Shown: piece by piece, positions 50,401 through 62,400 of the stretch
Position numbering within the stretch: position 1 is the first letter of the stretch
Layout of the letters: each line of letters opens with the position of its first letter
DNA from: Lepidodermella squamata
Taxonomy: Eukaryota > Animalia > Gastrotricha
DNA: 64,000 bases
Reading direction: 5' to 3'
Assembly: GCA_047495785.1 (NCBI GenBank)
Contig: JBLDXI010000029.1
Span: 62,001 to 126,000, forward strand
Translations under genes and position numbers: made by a program
Notes under the pieces: model-generated
Seen by the model: the letters and a program-made list of their open reading frames with translations, nothing else
Databases searched by the model: none
Told to the model about the DNA's origin: nothing

Positions 50401-53400
50401 CGTGCGTGCATGGCGCAGGTGGCGCTGGGTTTCGAGCTTCGAATTCTTGTTGAGCTTCGAATTGACGCTTTCAATGATATTTTTCAGACGCGCTAGACGA
50501 CGATGATGACAACGACGGCATTTCTGATGCCGACGAAAAGAAGGATTCGGATGGTGATGGCGTGCCAGGTAAGCGCACTTGGAACGGCTGGTTCGGGAGC
50601 GCGAGTTGCATCATTGTGTTTCTTTGTTCGCAGATTATCTCGACGACGATGATGATAACGATGGCATCCCAGATTCGCAAGACAACGATGATGATGGCGA
50701 TGGCATTCCGGACGACCAGGAAGACAGCGATGGCGACGGTGTGCCAGGTTAGTTCCGGGCCGTGATGTGCAACTGCGCGTTGTGGGGAGGGCACCGTTGG
50801 GTATTGCGTTGCGAAAGGCTGAAATGTGCGGGGTTGCGAGCTTTCGAGCTTAGCCCAGCTAGGTTCGGGGATTGTCGGTTGGGTTTCACTTCCGGGCTGG
50901 CATGCGTTTGGAATAGGTTGGCGGTAGTTCCCGGGTTGCGGGATTGAGGTTCGCTGGGAATCTCGTGCGTGCATGGCGCAGGTGGCGCTGGGTTTCGAGC
51001 TTCGAATTCTTGTTGAGCTTCGAATTGACGCTTTCAATGATATTTTTCAGACGCGCTAGACGACGATGATGACAACGACGGCATTTCTGATGCCGACGAA
51101 AAGAAGGATTCGGATGGTGATGGCGTGCCAGGTAAGCGCACTTGGAACGGCTGGTTCGGGAGCGCGAGTTGCATCATTGTGTTTCTTTGTTCGCAGATTA
51201 TCTCGACGACGATGATGATAACGATGGCATCCCAGATTCGCAAGACAACGATGATGATGGCGATGGCATTCCGGACGACCAGGAAGACAGCGATGGCGAC
51301 GGTGTGCCAGGTTAGTTCCGGGCCGTGATGTGCAACTGCGCGTTGTGGGGAGGGCACCGTTGGGTATTGCGTTGCGAAAGGCTGAAATGTGCGGGGTTGC
51401 GAGCTTTCGAGCTTAGCCCAGCTAGGTTCGGGGATTGTCGGTTGGGTTTCACTTCCGGGCTGGCCTGCGTTTGGAATAGGTTGGCGGTAGTTCCCGGGTT
51501 GCGGGATTGAGGTTCGCTGGGAATCTCGTGCGTGCATGGCGCAGGTGGCGCTGGGTTTCGAGCTTCGAATTCTTGTTGAGCTTCGAATTGACGCTTTCAA
51601 TGATATTTTTCAGACGCGCTAGACGACGATGATGACAACGACGGCATTTCTGATGCCGACGAAAAGAAGGATTCGGATGGTGATGGCGTGCCAGGTAAGC
51701 GCACTTGGAACGGCTGGTTCGGGAGCGCGAGTTGCATCATTGTGTTTCTTTGTTCGCAGATTATCTCGACGACGATGATGATAACGACGGCATCCCAGAT
51801 TCGCAAGACAACGATGATGATGGCGATGGCATTCCGGACGACCAGGAAGACAGCGATGGCGACGGTGTGCCAGGTTAGTTCCGGGCCGTGATGTGCAACT
51901 GCGCGTTGTGGGGAGGGCACCGTTGGGTATTGCGTTGCGAAAGGCTGAAATGTGCGGGGTTGCGAGGTTTCGAGCTTAGCTCAGCTAGGTTCGGGGATTG
52001 CCGGTTGGGTTTCACTTCCGGGCTGGCATGCGTTTGGAATAGGTTGGCGGTAGTTCCCGGGTTGCGGTATTGAGGTTCGCTGGGAATCTCGTGCGTGCAT
52101 GGCGCAGGTGGCGCTGGGTTTCGAGCTTAGAATTCTTGTTGAGCTTCGAATTGACGCTTTCAATGATATTTTTCAGACGCGCTAGACGACGATGATGACA
52201 ACGACGGCATTTCTGATGCCGACGAAAAGAAGGATTCGGATGGTGATGGCGTGCCAGGTAAGCGCACTTGGAACGGCTGGTTCGGGAGCGCGAGTTGCAT
52301 CATTGTGTTTCTTTGTTCGCAGATTATCTCGACGACGATGATGATAACGATGGCATCCCAGATTCGCAAGACAACGATGATGATGGCGATGGCATTCCGG
52401 ACGACCAGGAAGACAGCGATGGCGACGGTGTGCCAGGTTAGTTCCGGGCCGTGATGTGCAACTGCGCGTTGTGGGGAGGGCACCGTTGGGTATTGCGTTG
52501 CGAAAGGCTGAAATGTGCGGGGTTGCGAGCTTTCGAGCTTAGCCCAGCTAGGTTCGGGGATTGTCGGTTGGGTTTCACTTCCGGGCTGGCATGCGTTTGG
52601 AATAGGTTGGCGGTAGTTCCCGGGTTGCGGGATTGAGGTTCGCTGGGAATCTCGTGCGTGCATGGCACAGGTGGCGCTGGGTTTCGAGCTTAGAATTCTT
52701 GTTGAGCTTCGAATTGACGCTTTCAATGATATTTTTCAGACGCGCTAGACGACGATGATGACAACGACGGCATTTCTGATGCCGACGAAAAGAAGGATTC
52801 GGATGGTGATGGCGTGCCAGGTAAGCGCACTTGGAACGGCTGGTTCGGGAGCGCGAGTTGCATCATTGTGTTTCTTTGTTCGCAGATTATCTCGACGACG
52901 ATGATGATAACGACGGCATCCCAGATTCGCAAGACAACGATGATGATGGCGATGGCATTCCGGACGACCAGGAAGACAGCGATGGCGACGGTGTGCCAGG
53001 TTAGTTCCGGGCCGTGATGTGCAACTGCGCGTTGTGGGGAGGGCACCGTTGGGTATTGCGTTGCGAAAGGCTGAAATGTGCGGGGTTGCGAGCTTTCGAG
53101 CTTAGCCCAGCTAGGTTCGGGGATTGTCGGTTGGGTTTCACTTCCGGGCTGGCATGCGTTTGGAATAGGTTGGCGGTAGTTCCCGGGTTGCGGGATTGAG
53201 GTTCGCTGGGAATCTCGTGCGTGCATGGCACAGGTGGCGCTGGGTTTCGAGCTTAGAATTCTTGTTGAGCTTCGAATTGACGCTTTCAATGATATTTTTC
53301 AGACGCGCTAGACGACGATGATGACAACGACGGCATTTCTGATGCCGACGAAAAGAAGGATTCGGATGGTGATGGCGTGCCAGGTAAGCGCACTTGGAAC

Positions 53401-56400
53401 GGCTGGTTCGGGAGCGCGAGTTGCATCATTGTGTTTCTTTGTTCGCAGATTATCTCGACGACGATGATGATAACGATGGCATCCCAGATTCGCAAGACAA
53501 GGATGATGATGGCGATGGCATTCCGGACGACCAGGAAGACAGCGATGGCGACGGTGTGCCAGGTTAGTTCCGGGCCGTGATGTGCAACTGCGCGTTGTGG
53601 GGAGGGCACCGTTGGGTATTGCGTTGCGAAAGGCTGAAATGTGCGGGGTTGCGAGCTTTCGAGCTTAGCCCAGCTAGGTTCGGGGATTGTCGGTTGGGTT
53701 TCACTTCCGGGCTGGCATGCGTTTGGAATAGGTTGGCGGTAGTTCCCGGGTTGCGGGATTGAGGTTCGCTGGGAATCTCGTGCGTGCATGGCGCAGGTGG
53801 CGCTGGGTTTCGAGCTTCGAATTCTTGTTGAGCTTCGAATTGACGCTTTCAATGATATTTTTCAGACGCGCTAGACGACGATGATGACAACGACGGCATT
53901 TCTGATGCCGACGAAAAGAAGGATTCGGATGGTGATGGCGTGCCAGGTAAGCGCACTTGGAACGGCTGGTTCGGGAGCGCGAGTTGCATCATTGTGTTTC
54001 TTTGTTCGCAGATTATCTCGACGACGATGATGATAACGACGGCATCCCAGATTCGCAAGACAACGATGATGATGGCGATGGCATTCCGGACGACCAGGAA
54101 GACAGCGATGGCGACGGTGTGCCAGGTTAGTTCCGGGCCGTGATGTGCAACTGCGCGTTGTGGGGAGGGCACCGTTGGGTATTGCGTTGCGAAAGGCTGA
54201 AATGTGCGGGGTTGCGAGCTTTCGAGCTTAGCCCAGCTAGGTTCGGGGATTGTCGGTTGGGTTTCACTTCCGGGCTGGCATGCGTTTGGAATAGGTTGGC
54301 GGTAGTTCCCGGGTTGCGGGATTGAGGTTCGCTGGGAATCTCGTGCGTGCATGGCGCAGGTGGCGCTGGGTTTCGAGCTTCGAATTCTTGTTGAGCTTCG
54401 AATTGACGCTTTCAATGATATTTTTCAGACGCGCTAGACGACGATGATGACAACGACGGCATTTCTGATGCCGACGAAAAGAAGGATTCGGATGGTGATG
54501 GCGTGCCAGGTAAGCGCACTTGGAACGGCTGGTTCGGGAGCGCGAGTTGCATCATTGTGTTTCTTTGTTCGCAGATTATCTCGACGACGATGATGATAAC
54601 GATGGCATCCCAGATTCGCAAGACAAGGATGATGATGGCGATGGCATTCCGGACGACCAGGAAGACAGCGATGGCGACGGTGTGCCAGGTTAGTTCCGGG
54701 CCGTGATGTGCAACTGCGCGTTGTGGGGAGGGCACCGTTGGGTATTGCGTTGCGAAAGGCTGAAATGTGCGGGGTTGCGAGCTTTCGAGCTTAGCCCAGC
54801 TAGGTTCGGGGATTGTCGGTTGGGTTTCACTTCCGGGCTGGCATGCGTTTGGAATAGGTTGGCGGTAGTTCCCGGGTTGCGGGATTGAGGTTCGCTGGGA
54901 ATCTCGTGCGTGCATGGCGCAGGTGGCGCTGGGTTTCGAGCTTCGAATTCTTGTTGAGCTTCGAATTGACGCTTTCAATGATATTTTTCAGACGCGCTAG
55001 ACGACGATGATGACAACGACGGCATTTCTGATGCCGACGAAAAGAAGGATTCGGATGGTGATGGCGTGCCAGGTAAGCGCACTTGGAACGGCTGGTTCGG
55101 GAGCGCGAGTTGCATCATTGTGTTTCTTTGTTCGCAGATTATCTCGACGACGATGATGATAACGATGGCATCCCAGATTCGCAAGACAACGATGATGATG
55201 GCGATGGCATTCCGGACGACCAGGAAGACAGCGATGGCGACGGTGTGCCAGGTTAGTTCCGGGCCGTGATGTGCAACTGCGCGTTGTGGGGAGGGCACCG
55301 TTGGGTATTGCGTTGCGAAAGGCTGAAATGTGCGGGGTTGCGAGCTTTCGAGCTTAGCCCAGCTAGGTTCGGGGATTGTCGGTTGGGTTTCACTTCCGGG
55401 CTGGCCTGCGTTTGGAATAGGTTGGCGGTAGTTCCCGGGTTGCGGGATTGAGGTTCGCTGGGAATCTCGTGCGTGCATGGCGCAGGTGGCGCTGGGTTTC
55501 GAGCTTAGAATTCTTGTTGAGCTTCGAATTGACGCTTTCAATGATATTTTTCAGACGCGCTAGACGACGATGATGACAACGACGGCATTTCTGATGCCGA
55601 CGAAAAGAAGGATTCGGATGGTGATGGCGTGCCAGGTAAGCGCACTTGGAACGGCTGGTTCGGGAGCGCGAGTTGCATCATTGTGTTTCTTTGTTCGCAG
55701 ATTATCTCGACGACGATGATGATAACGATGGCATCCCAGATTCGCAAGACAACGATGATGATGGCGATGGCATTCCGGACGACCAGGAAGACAGCGATGG
55801 CGACGGTGTGCCAGGTTAGTTCCGGGCCGTGATGTGCAACTGCGCGTTGTGGGGAGGGCACCGTTGGGTATTGCGTTGCGAAAGGCTGAAATGTGCGGGG
55901 TTGCGAGCTTTCGAGCTTAGCCCAGCTAGGTTCGGGGATTGTCGGTTGGGTTTCACTTCCGGGCTGGCCTGCGTTTGGAATAGGTTGGCGGTAGTTCCCG
56001 GGTTGCGGGATTGAGGTTCGCTGGGAATCTCGTGCGTGCATGGCGCAGGTGGCGCTGGGTTTCGAGCTTAGAATTCTTGTTGAGCTTCGAATTGACGCTT
56101 TCAATGATATTTTTCAGACGCGCTAGACGACGATGATGACAACGACGGCATTTCTGATGCCGACGAAAAGAAGGATTCGGATGGTGATGGCGTGCCAGGT
56201 AAGCGCACTTGGAACGGCTGGTTCGGGAGCGCGAGTTGCATCATTGTGTTTCTTTGTTCGCAGATTATCTCGACGACGATGATGATAACGATGGCATCCC
56301 AGATTCGCAAGACAAGGATGATGATGGCGATGGCATTCCGGACGACCAGGAAGACAGCGATGGCGACGGTGTGCCAGGTTAGTTCCGGGCCGTGATGTGC

Positions 56401-59400
56401 AACTGCGCGTTGTGGGGAGGGCACCGTTGGGTATTGCGTTGCGAAAGGCTGAAATGTGCGGGGTTGCGAGCTTTCGAGCTTAGCTCAGCTAGGTTCGGGG
56501 ATTGCCGGTTGGGTTTCACTTCCGGGCTGGCATGCGTTTGGAATAGGTTGGCGGTAGTTCCCGGGTTGCGGGATTGAGGTTCGCTGGGAATCTCGTGCGT
56601 GCATGGCGCAGGTGGCGCTGGGTTTCGAGCTTCGAATTCTTGTTGAGCTTCGAATTGACGCTTTCAATGATATTTTTCAGACGCGCTAGACGACGATGAT
56701 GACAACGACGGCATTTCTGATGCCGACGAAAAGAAGGATTCGGATGGTGATGGCGTGCCAGGTAAGCGCACTTGGAACGGCTGGTTCGGGAGCGCGAGTT
56801 GCATCATTGTGTTTCTTTGTTCGCAGATTATCTCGACGACGATGATGATAACGATGGCATCCCAGATTCGCAAGACAACGATGATGATGGCGATGGCATT
56901 CCGGACGACCAGGAAGACAGCGATGGCGACGGTGTGCCAGGTTAGTTCCGGGCCGTGATGTGCAACTGCGCGTTGTGGGGAGGGCACCGTTGGGTATTGC
57001 GTTGCGAAAGGCTGAAATGTGCGGGGTTGCGAGCTTTCGAGCTTAGCCCAGCTAGGTTCGGGGATTGTCGGTTGGGTTTCACTTCCGGGCTGGCATGCGT
57101 TTGGAATAGGTTGGCGGTAGTTCCCGGGTTGCGGGATTGAGGTTCGCTGGGAATCTCGTGCGTGCATGGCGCAGGTGGCGCTGGGTTTCGAGCTTCGAAT
57201 TCTTGTTGAGCTTCGAATTGACGCTTTCAATGATATTTTTCAGACGCGCTAGACGACGATGATGACAACGACGGCATTTCTGATGCCGACGAAAAGAAGG
57301 ATTCGGATGGTGATGGCGTGCCAGGTAAGCGCACTTGGAACGGCTGGTTCGGGAGCGCGAGTTGCATCATTGTGTTTCTTTGTTCGCAGATTATCTCGAC
57401 GACGATGATGATAACGATGGCATCCCAGATTCGCAAGACAACGATGATGATGGCGATGGCATTCCGGACGACCAGGAAGACAGCGATGGCGACGGTGTGC
57501 CAGGTTAGTTCCGGGCCGTGATGTGCAACTGCGCGTTGTGGGGAGGGCACCGTTGGGTATTGCGTTGCGAAAGGCTGAAATGTGCGGGGTTGCGAGCTTT
57601 CGAGCTTAGCCCAGCTAGGTTCGGGGATTGTCGGTTGGGTTTCACTTCCGGGCTGGCCTGCGTTTGGAATAGGTTGGCGGTAGTTCCCGGGTTGCGGGAT
57701 TGAGGTTCGCTGGGAATCTCGTGCGTGCATGGCGCAGGTGGCGCTGGGTTTCGAGCTTAGAATTCTTGTTGAGCTTCGAATTGACGCTTTCAATGATATT
57801 TTTCAGACGCGCTAGACGACGATGATGACAACGACGGCATTTCTGATGCCGACGAAAAGAAGGATTCGGATGGTGATGGCGTGCCAGGTAAGCGCACTTG
57901 GAACGGCTGGTTCGGGAGCGCGAGTTGCATCATTGTGTTTCTTTGTTCGCAGATTATCTCGACGACGATGATGATAACGATGGCATCCCAGATTCGCAAG
58001 ACAACGATGATGATGGCGATGGCATTCCGGACGACCAGGAAGACAGCGATGGCGACGGTGTGCCAGGTTAGTTCCGGGCCGTGATGTGCAACTGCGCGTT
58101 GTGGGGAGGGCACCGTTGGGTATTGCGTTGCGAAAGGCTGAAATGTGCGGGGTTGCGAGCTTTCGAGCTTAGCCCAGCTAGGTTCGGGGATTGTCGGTTG
58201 GGTTTCACTTCCGGGCTGGCATGCGTTTGGAATAGGTTGGCGGTAGTTCCCGGGTTGCGGGATTGAGGTTCGCTGGGAATCTCGTGCGTGCATGGCGCAG
58301 GTGGCGCTGGGTTTCGAGCTTCGAATTCTTGTTGAGCTTCGAATTGACGCTTTCAATGATATTTTTCAGACGCGCTAGACGACGATGATGACAACGACGG
58401 CATTTCTGATGCCGACGAAAAGAAGGATTCGGATGGTGATGGCGTGCCAGGTAAGCGCACTTGGAACGGCTGGTTCGGGAGCGCGAGTTGCATCATTGTG
58501 TTTCTTTGTTCGCAGATTATCTCGACGACGATGATGATAACGATGGCATCCCAGATTCGCAAGACAAGGATGATGATGGCGATGGCATTCCGGACGACCA
58601 GGAAGACAGCGATGGCGACGGTGTGCCAGGTTAGTTCCGGGCCGTGATGTGCAACTGCGCGTTGTGGGGAGGGCACCGTTGGGTATTGCGTTGCGAAAGG
58701 CTGAAATGTGCGGGGTTGCGAGCTTTCGAGCTTAGCCCAGCTAGGTTCGGGGATTGTCGGTTGGGTTTCACTTCCGGGCTGGCCTGCGTTTGGAATAGGT
58801 TGGCGGTAGTTCCCGGGTTGCGGGATTGAGGTTCGCTGGGAATCTCGTGCGTGCATGGCGCAGGTGGCGCTGGGTTTCGAGCTTCGAATTCTTGTTGAGC
58901 TTCGAATTGACGCTTTCAATGATATTTTTCAGACGCGCTAGACGACGATGATGACAACGACGGCATTTCTGATGCCGACGAAAAGAAGGATTCGGATGGT
59001 GATGGCGTGCCAGGTAAGCGCACTTGGAACGGCTGGTTCGGGAGCGCGAGTTGCATCATTGTGTTTCTTTGTTCGCAGATTATCTCGACGACGATGATGA
59101 TAACGATGGCATCCCAGATTCGCAAGACAACGATGATGATGGCGATGGCATTCCGGACGACCAGGAAGACAGCGATGGCGACGGTGTGCCAGGTTAGTTC
59201 CGGGCCGTGATGTGCAACTGCGCGTTGTGGGGAGGGCACCGTTGGGTATTGCGTTGCGAAAGGCTGAAATGTGCGGGGTTGCGAGCTTTCGAGCTTAGCC
59301 CAGCTAGGTTCGGGGATTGTCGGTTGGGTTTCACTTCCGGGCTGGCATGCGTTTGGAATAGGTTGGCGGTAGTTCCCGGGTTGCGGGATTGAGGTTCGCT

Positions 59401-62400
59401 GGGAATCTCGTGCGTGCATGGCGCAGGTGGCGCTGGGTTTCGAGCTTCGAATTCTTGTTGAGCTTCGAATTGACGCTTTCAATACATACTTTCCAAATAC
59501 CGGTTACACATGGCAGAGGGGCAACGGGGCCAGACGAAAAAGATCATTTCTCGATTATATCCTGATTGATAAGAATATTAAAGACAAATTTTCATTCTGC
59601 GACATTGAAGAAACACCCATTCTTGAATCAGATCATAGGCTGGTCAGAGGCGTCATCGACTGCCCAAATTTCAATCGAAAGAAAGAAATTATTAAAAAGT
59701 CGATCAAGCACCATTTATTGCGAAAAGAAGAATACGCTGGAAAATTCAATGAAAATTTAACTGTTAACACTCGAATTTTGTCGAACGAGCCAAAATCTAT
59801 TGAAGAAAACTGGTCTACTACCAAGGCTAATCTTCTTGACACCGCTAGGGAAACCTGCGGAGAAAGGAAAGTTGGCACGGTCAGTGAAAAACCCCCGTGG
59901 TGGTCCCCATTAGCCAATGAAATCATTCAAAAAGGCAAGGAAAATTTTAAAAATTATACCAAGGGCCGCATTTCAAGAGAGGAATTCACGCGAAATAGGA
60001 ACCAGAAAAACCATGCTCTAGAGCGAGTGAAACTCTTGAAAGACCAGAACGAATTTGCCGAATTAGATAAACTTCTGGAAAATCCCTTTGATTACGATAA
60101 CATCAAAAAATTTTGGCATGAAATCAAACGAATCCGAGGCGAAGGAAGAAGTAAAGGTGAACCAGACCCACTCGAAAAATCGGATGGCTCGCTAACGGAC
60201 AGTATTGACGAAATCTTGGAAGTGATGAAAAGTTATTTCATGGAGCTCTTAGAGGGACTAGAGAACCAACCTCATGACCCCGATCCTGAACCCGAACCAC
60301 CCGATTTAACTAATCTCACCGAAATTACCCAGGCCGAAATTGAGGGAGCTATTGATCACATGAAAAACGGGAAGGCCCCGGGAATTGACGAAATTAGACC
60401 TGAGATGATCAAAGCTTTGTCAGAAACAAATATCAAATGGTTAGGTGAAATTTTAAATCAAGCCTGGCGGGAAAAGAAGGTCCCCGAGGAATGGTCCACC
60501 GCCCTTATTACTCCGATTTATAAAAATAAGGGTGAAAAATCCAAGTGTCAAAACTATCGAGGCATCAGTCTGCTTTCTGTTGTAGGTAAACTTTATGCTG
60601 TTATCCTCGAAAGAAAACTAAGGTCTTTGATTGGATCGAAAATCTCCAAATTACAATTCGGATTTCAGCCTCTTAAAGGCACCCGTGATTGTATTTTTGT
60701 TCTTAGACAAATAATTGAAAAAATTATTTTCTTTCGCAAAGAACTTCATCTTGTCTTCATTGACCTCGAAAAAGCCTATGATCTGGTTGATAGGGAAAAG
60801 GTTTGGACAGCCTTGGAAAACATGGGTGTTGAAACTAGCCTTATTGACGCGATTAAGAGTCTATATAAAGTAAATAAAGTTGCGGTAAAAGTGGATTCTG
60901 AGGTCTCCGATTTTTTCTATGTAACTAGGGGTCTAAGGCAAGGCTGCCCGCTGTCCCCTCTGCTTTTCATTGCTACTTTTAACAAAATTTGCGAAAAATT
61001 ATACGACACAAAATTTGGTTTCCCTATGAACAACGGTGATTATCTAAATTTATTAGCTTTCGCCGATGATGGAACTCTCCTAGGCATGAACCATGACGAA
61101 ATTAAGCGCCTTCTAGAAATTTTTGACATGGCATGCGAAGAATTAGGATTGAAAATTAACGTGGCAAAAACTCAATACATGATCATTTCCAGGGACGATG
61201 CTGCAATAAGAAATTATGAACTAGAGCTGCGCGGATCGAAACTGGAAAAGGTTTCCAAATTCAAATACTTAGGTAGCATTATAACCAGCGACGGTCGCAT
61301 TGACGAAGAATTAAATTATAGAATTTCAAAGGCTGGCAGCGTATTTGGTGCGATAAATAAATTCATGTGCAGTAGGAATCATGTGTCATTACAAACCAAA
61401 TTGAAAGTACTCACTTGCGTCATCGTACCTACCATCATTTACGCCTGCGAATCCTGGAATATTTCTTTAAGCCAGGAAAATAGGTTGAATGTTTTAGAAT
61501 ATCGTTGGCTACGAGCGATTTTAGGTATACACCTGATGGATTATATTCCTAACATTGACATTAGATTGGCATTGTGCGGAGGTCTGATCGAAGTCAGCCG
61601 CATCATTGAAAAACAGCGTTTAAGATATCTAGGACACATCATTAGATCTCGTGATTACGATGAGTACGGCCTTCTGAACTTGATTTATACGTGGACACCT
61701 CCGTTCGGGTGGTTCGCACCGAGAGGCAGACCTCGAACTAGGTGGATAAACGGCATAAACAGAAGTCTACACAAGGTTGGCATTGTTAAGGAAGTTCGCC
61801 GGAAGAAAAGACAACCAAAAAATCAGAAAGGCAAAAAGCCAGCTAAAAACAAAAAATCCGGCGAAAAAGAAAATAAATTTGAAATTAAAATTATTCCTGA
61901 TCTGCAATTGACTGAATTACTTTCTTTTGATAAAATTGAATGGCGCAACATTGTTGACTCAATGAATGATTATGAATTTTTTGGAAAAAGTAGAATCTTC
62001 AACTGTGGGGGTGGGTGATTTCCATCTTTCGCCTGCCTTCGCCCTCCTCAAAACCGTTTTTACGGTATAGATGCTTAATCGAGAGGAGGACTAAATAAAA
62101 CCATTATTATTATTATTATTATGATATTTTTCAGACGCGCTAGACGACGATGATGACAACGACGGCATTTCTGATGCCGACGAAAAGAAGGATTCGGATG
62201 GTGATGGCGTGCCAGGTAAGCGCACTTGGAACGGCTGGTTCGGGAGCGCGAGTTGCATCATTGTGTTTCTTTGTTCGCAGATTATCTCGACGACGATGAT
62301 GATAACGATGGCATCCCAGATTCGCAAGACAAGGATGATGATGGCGATGGCATTCCGGACGACCAGGAAGACAGCGATGGCGACGGTGTGCCAGGTTAGT

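Noticed and set aside
59418-59483. 866-aa ORF as a host-LINE fusion or complete retroelement protein
   Set aside because: The first 22 codons are host intron in frame by chance, most of the endonuclease domain is missing, and the nearby cag/gtg acceptor would be phase 0 against the phase-1 host donor.
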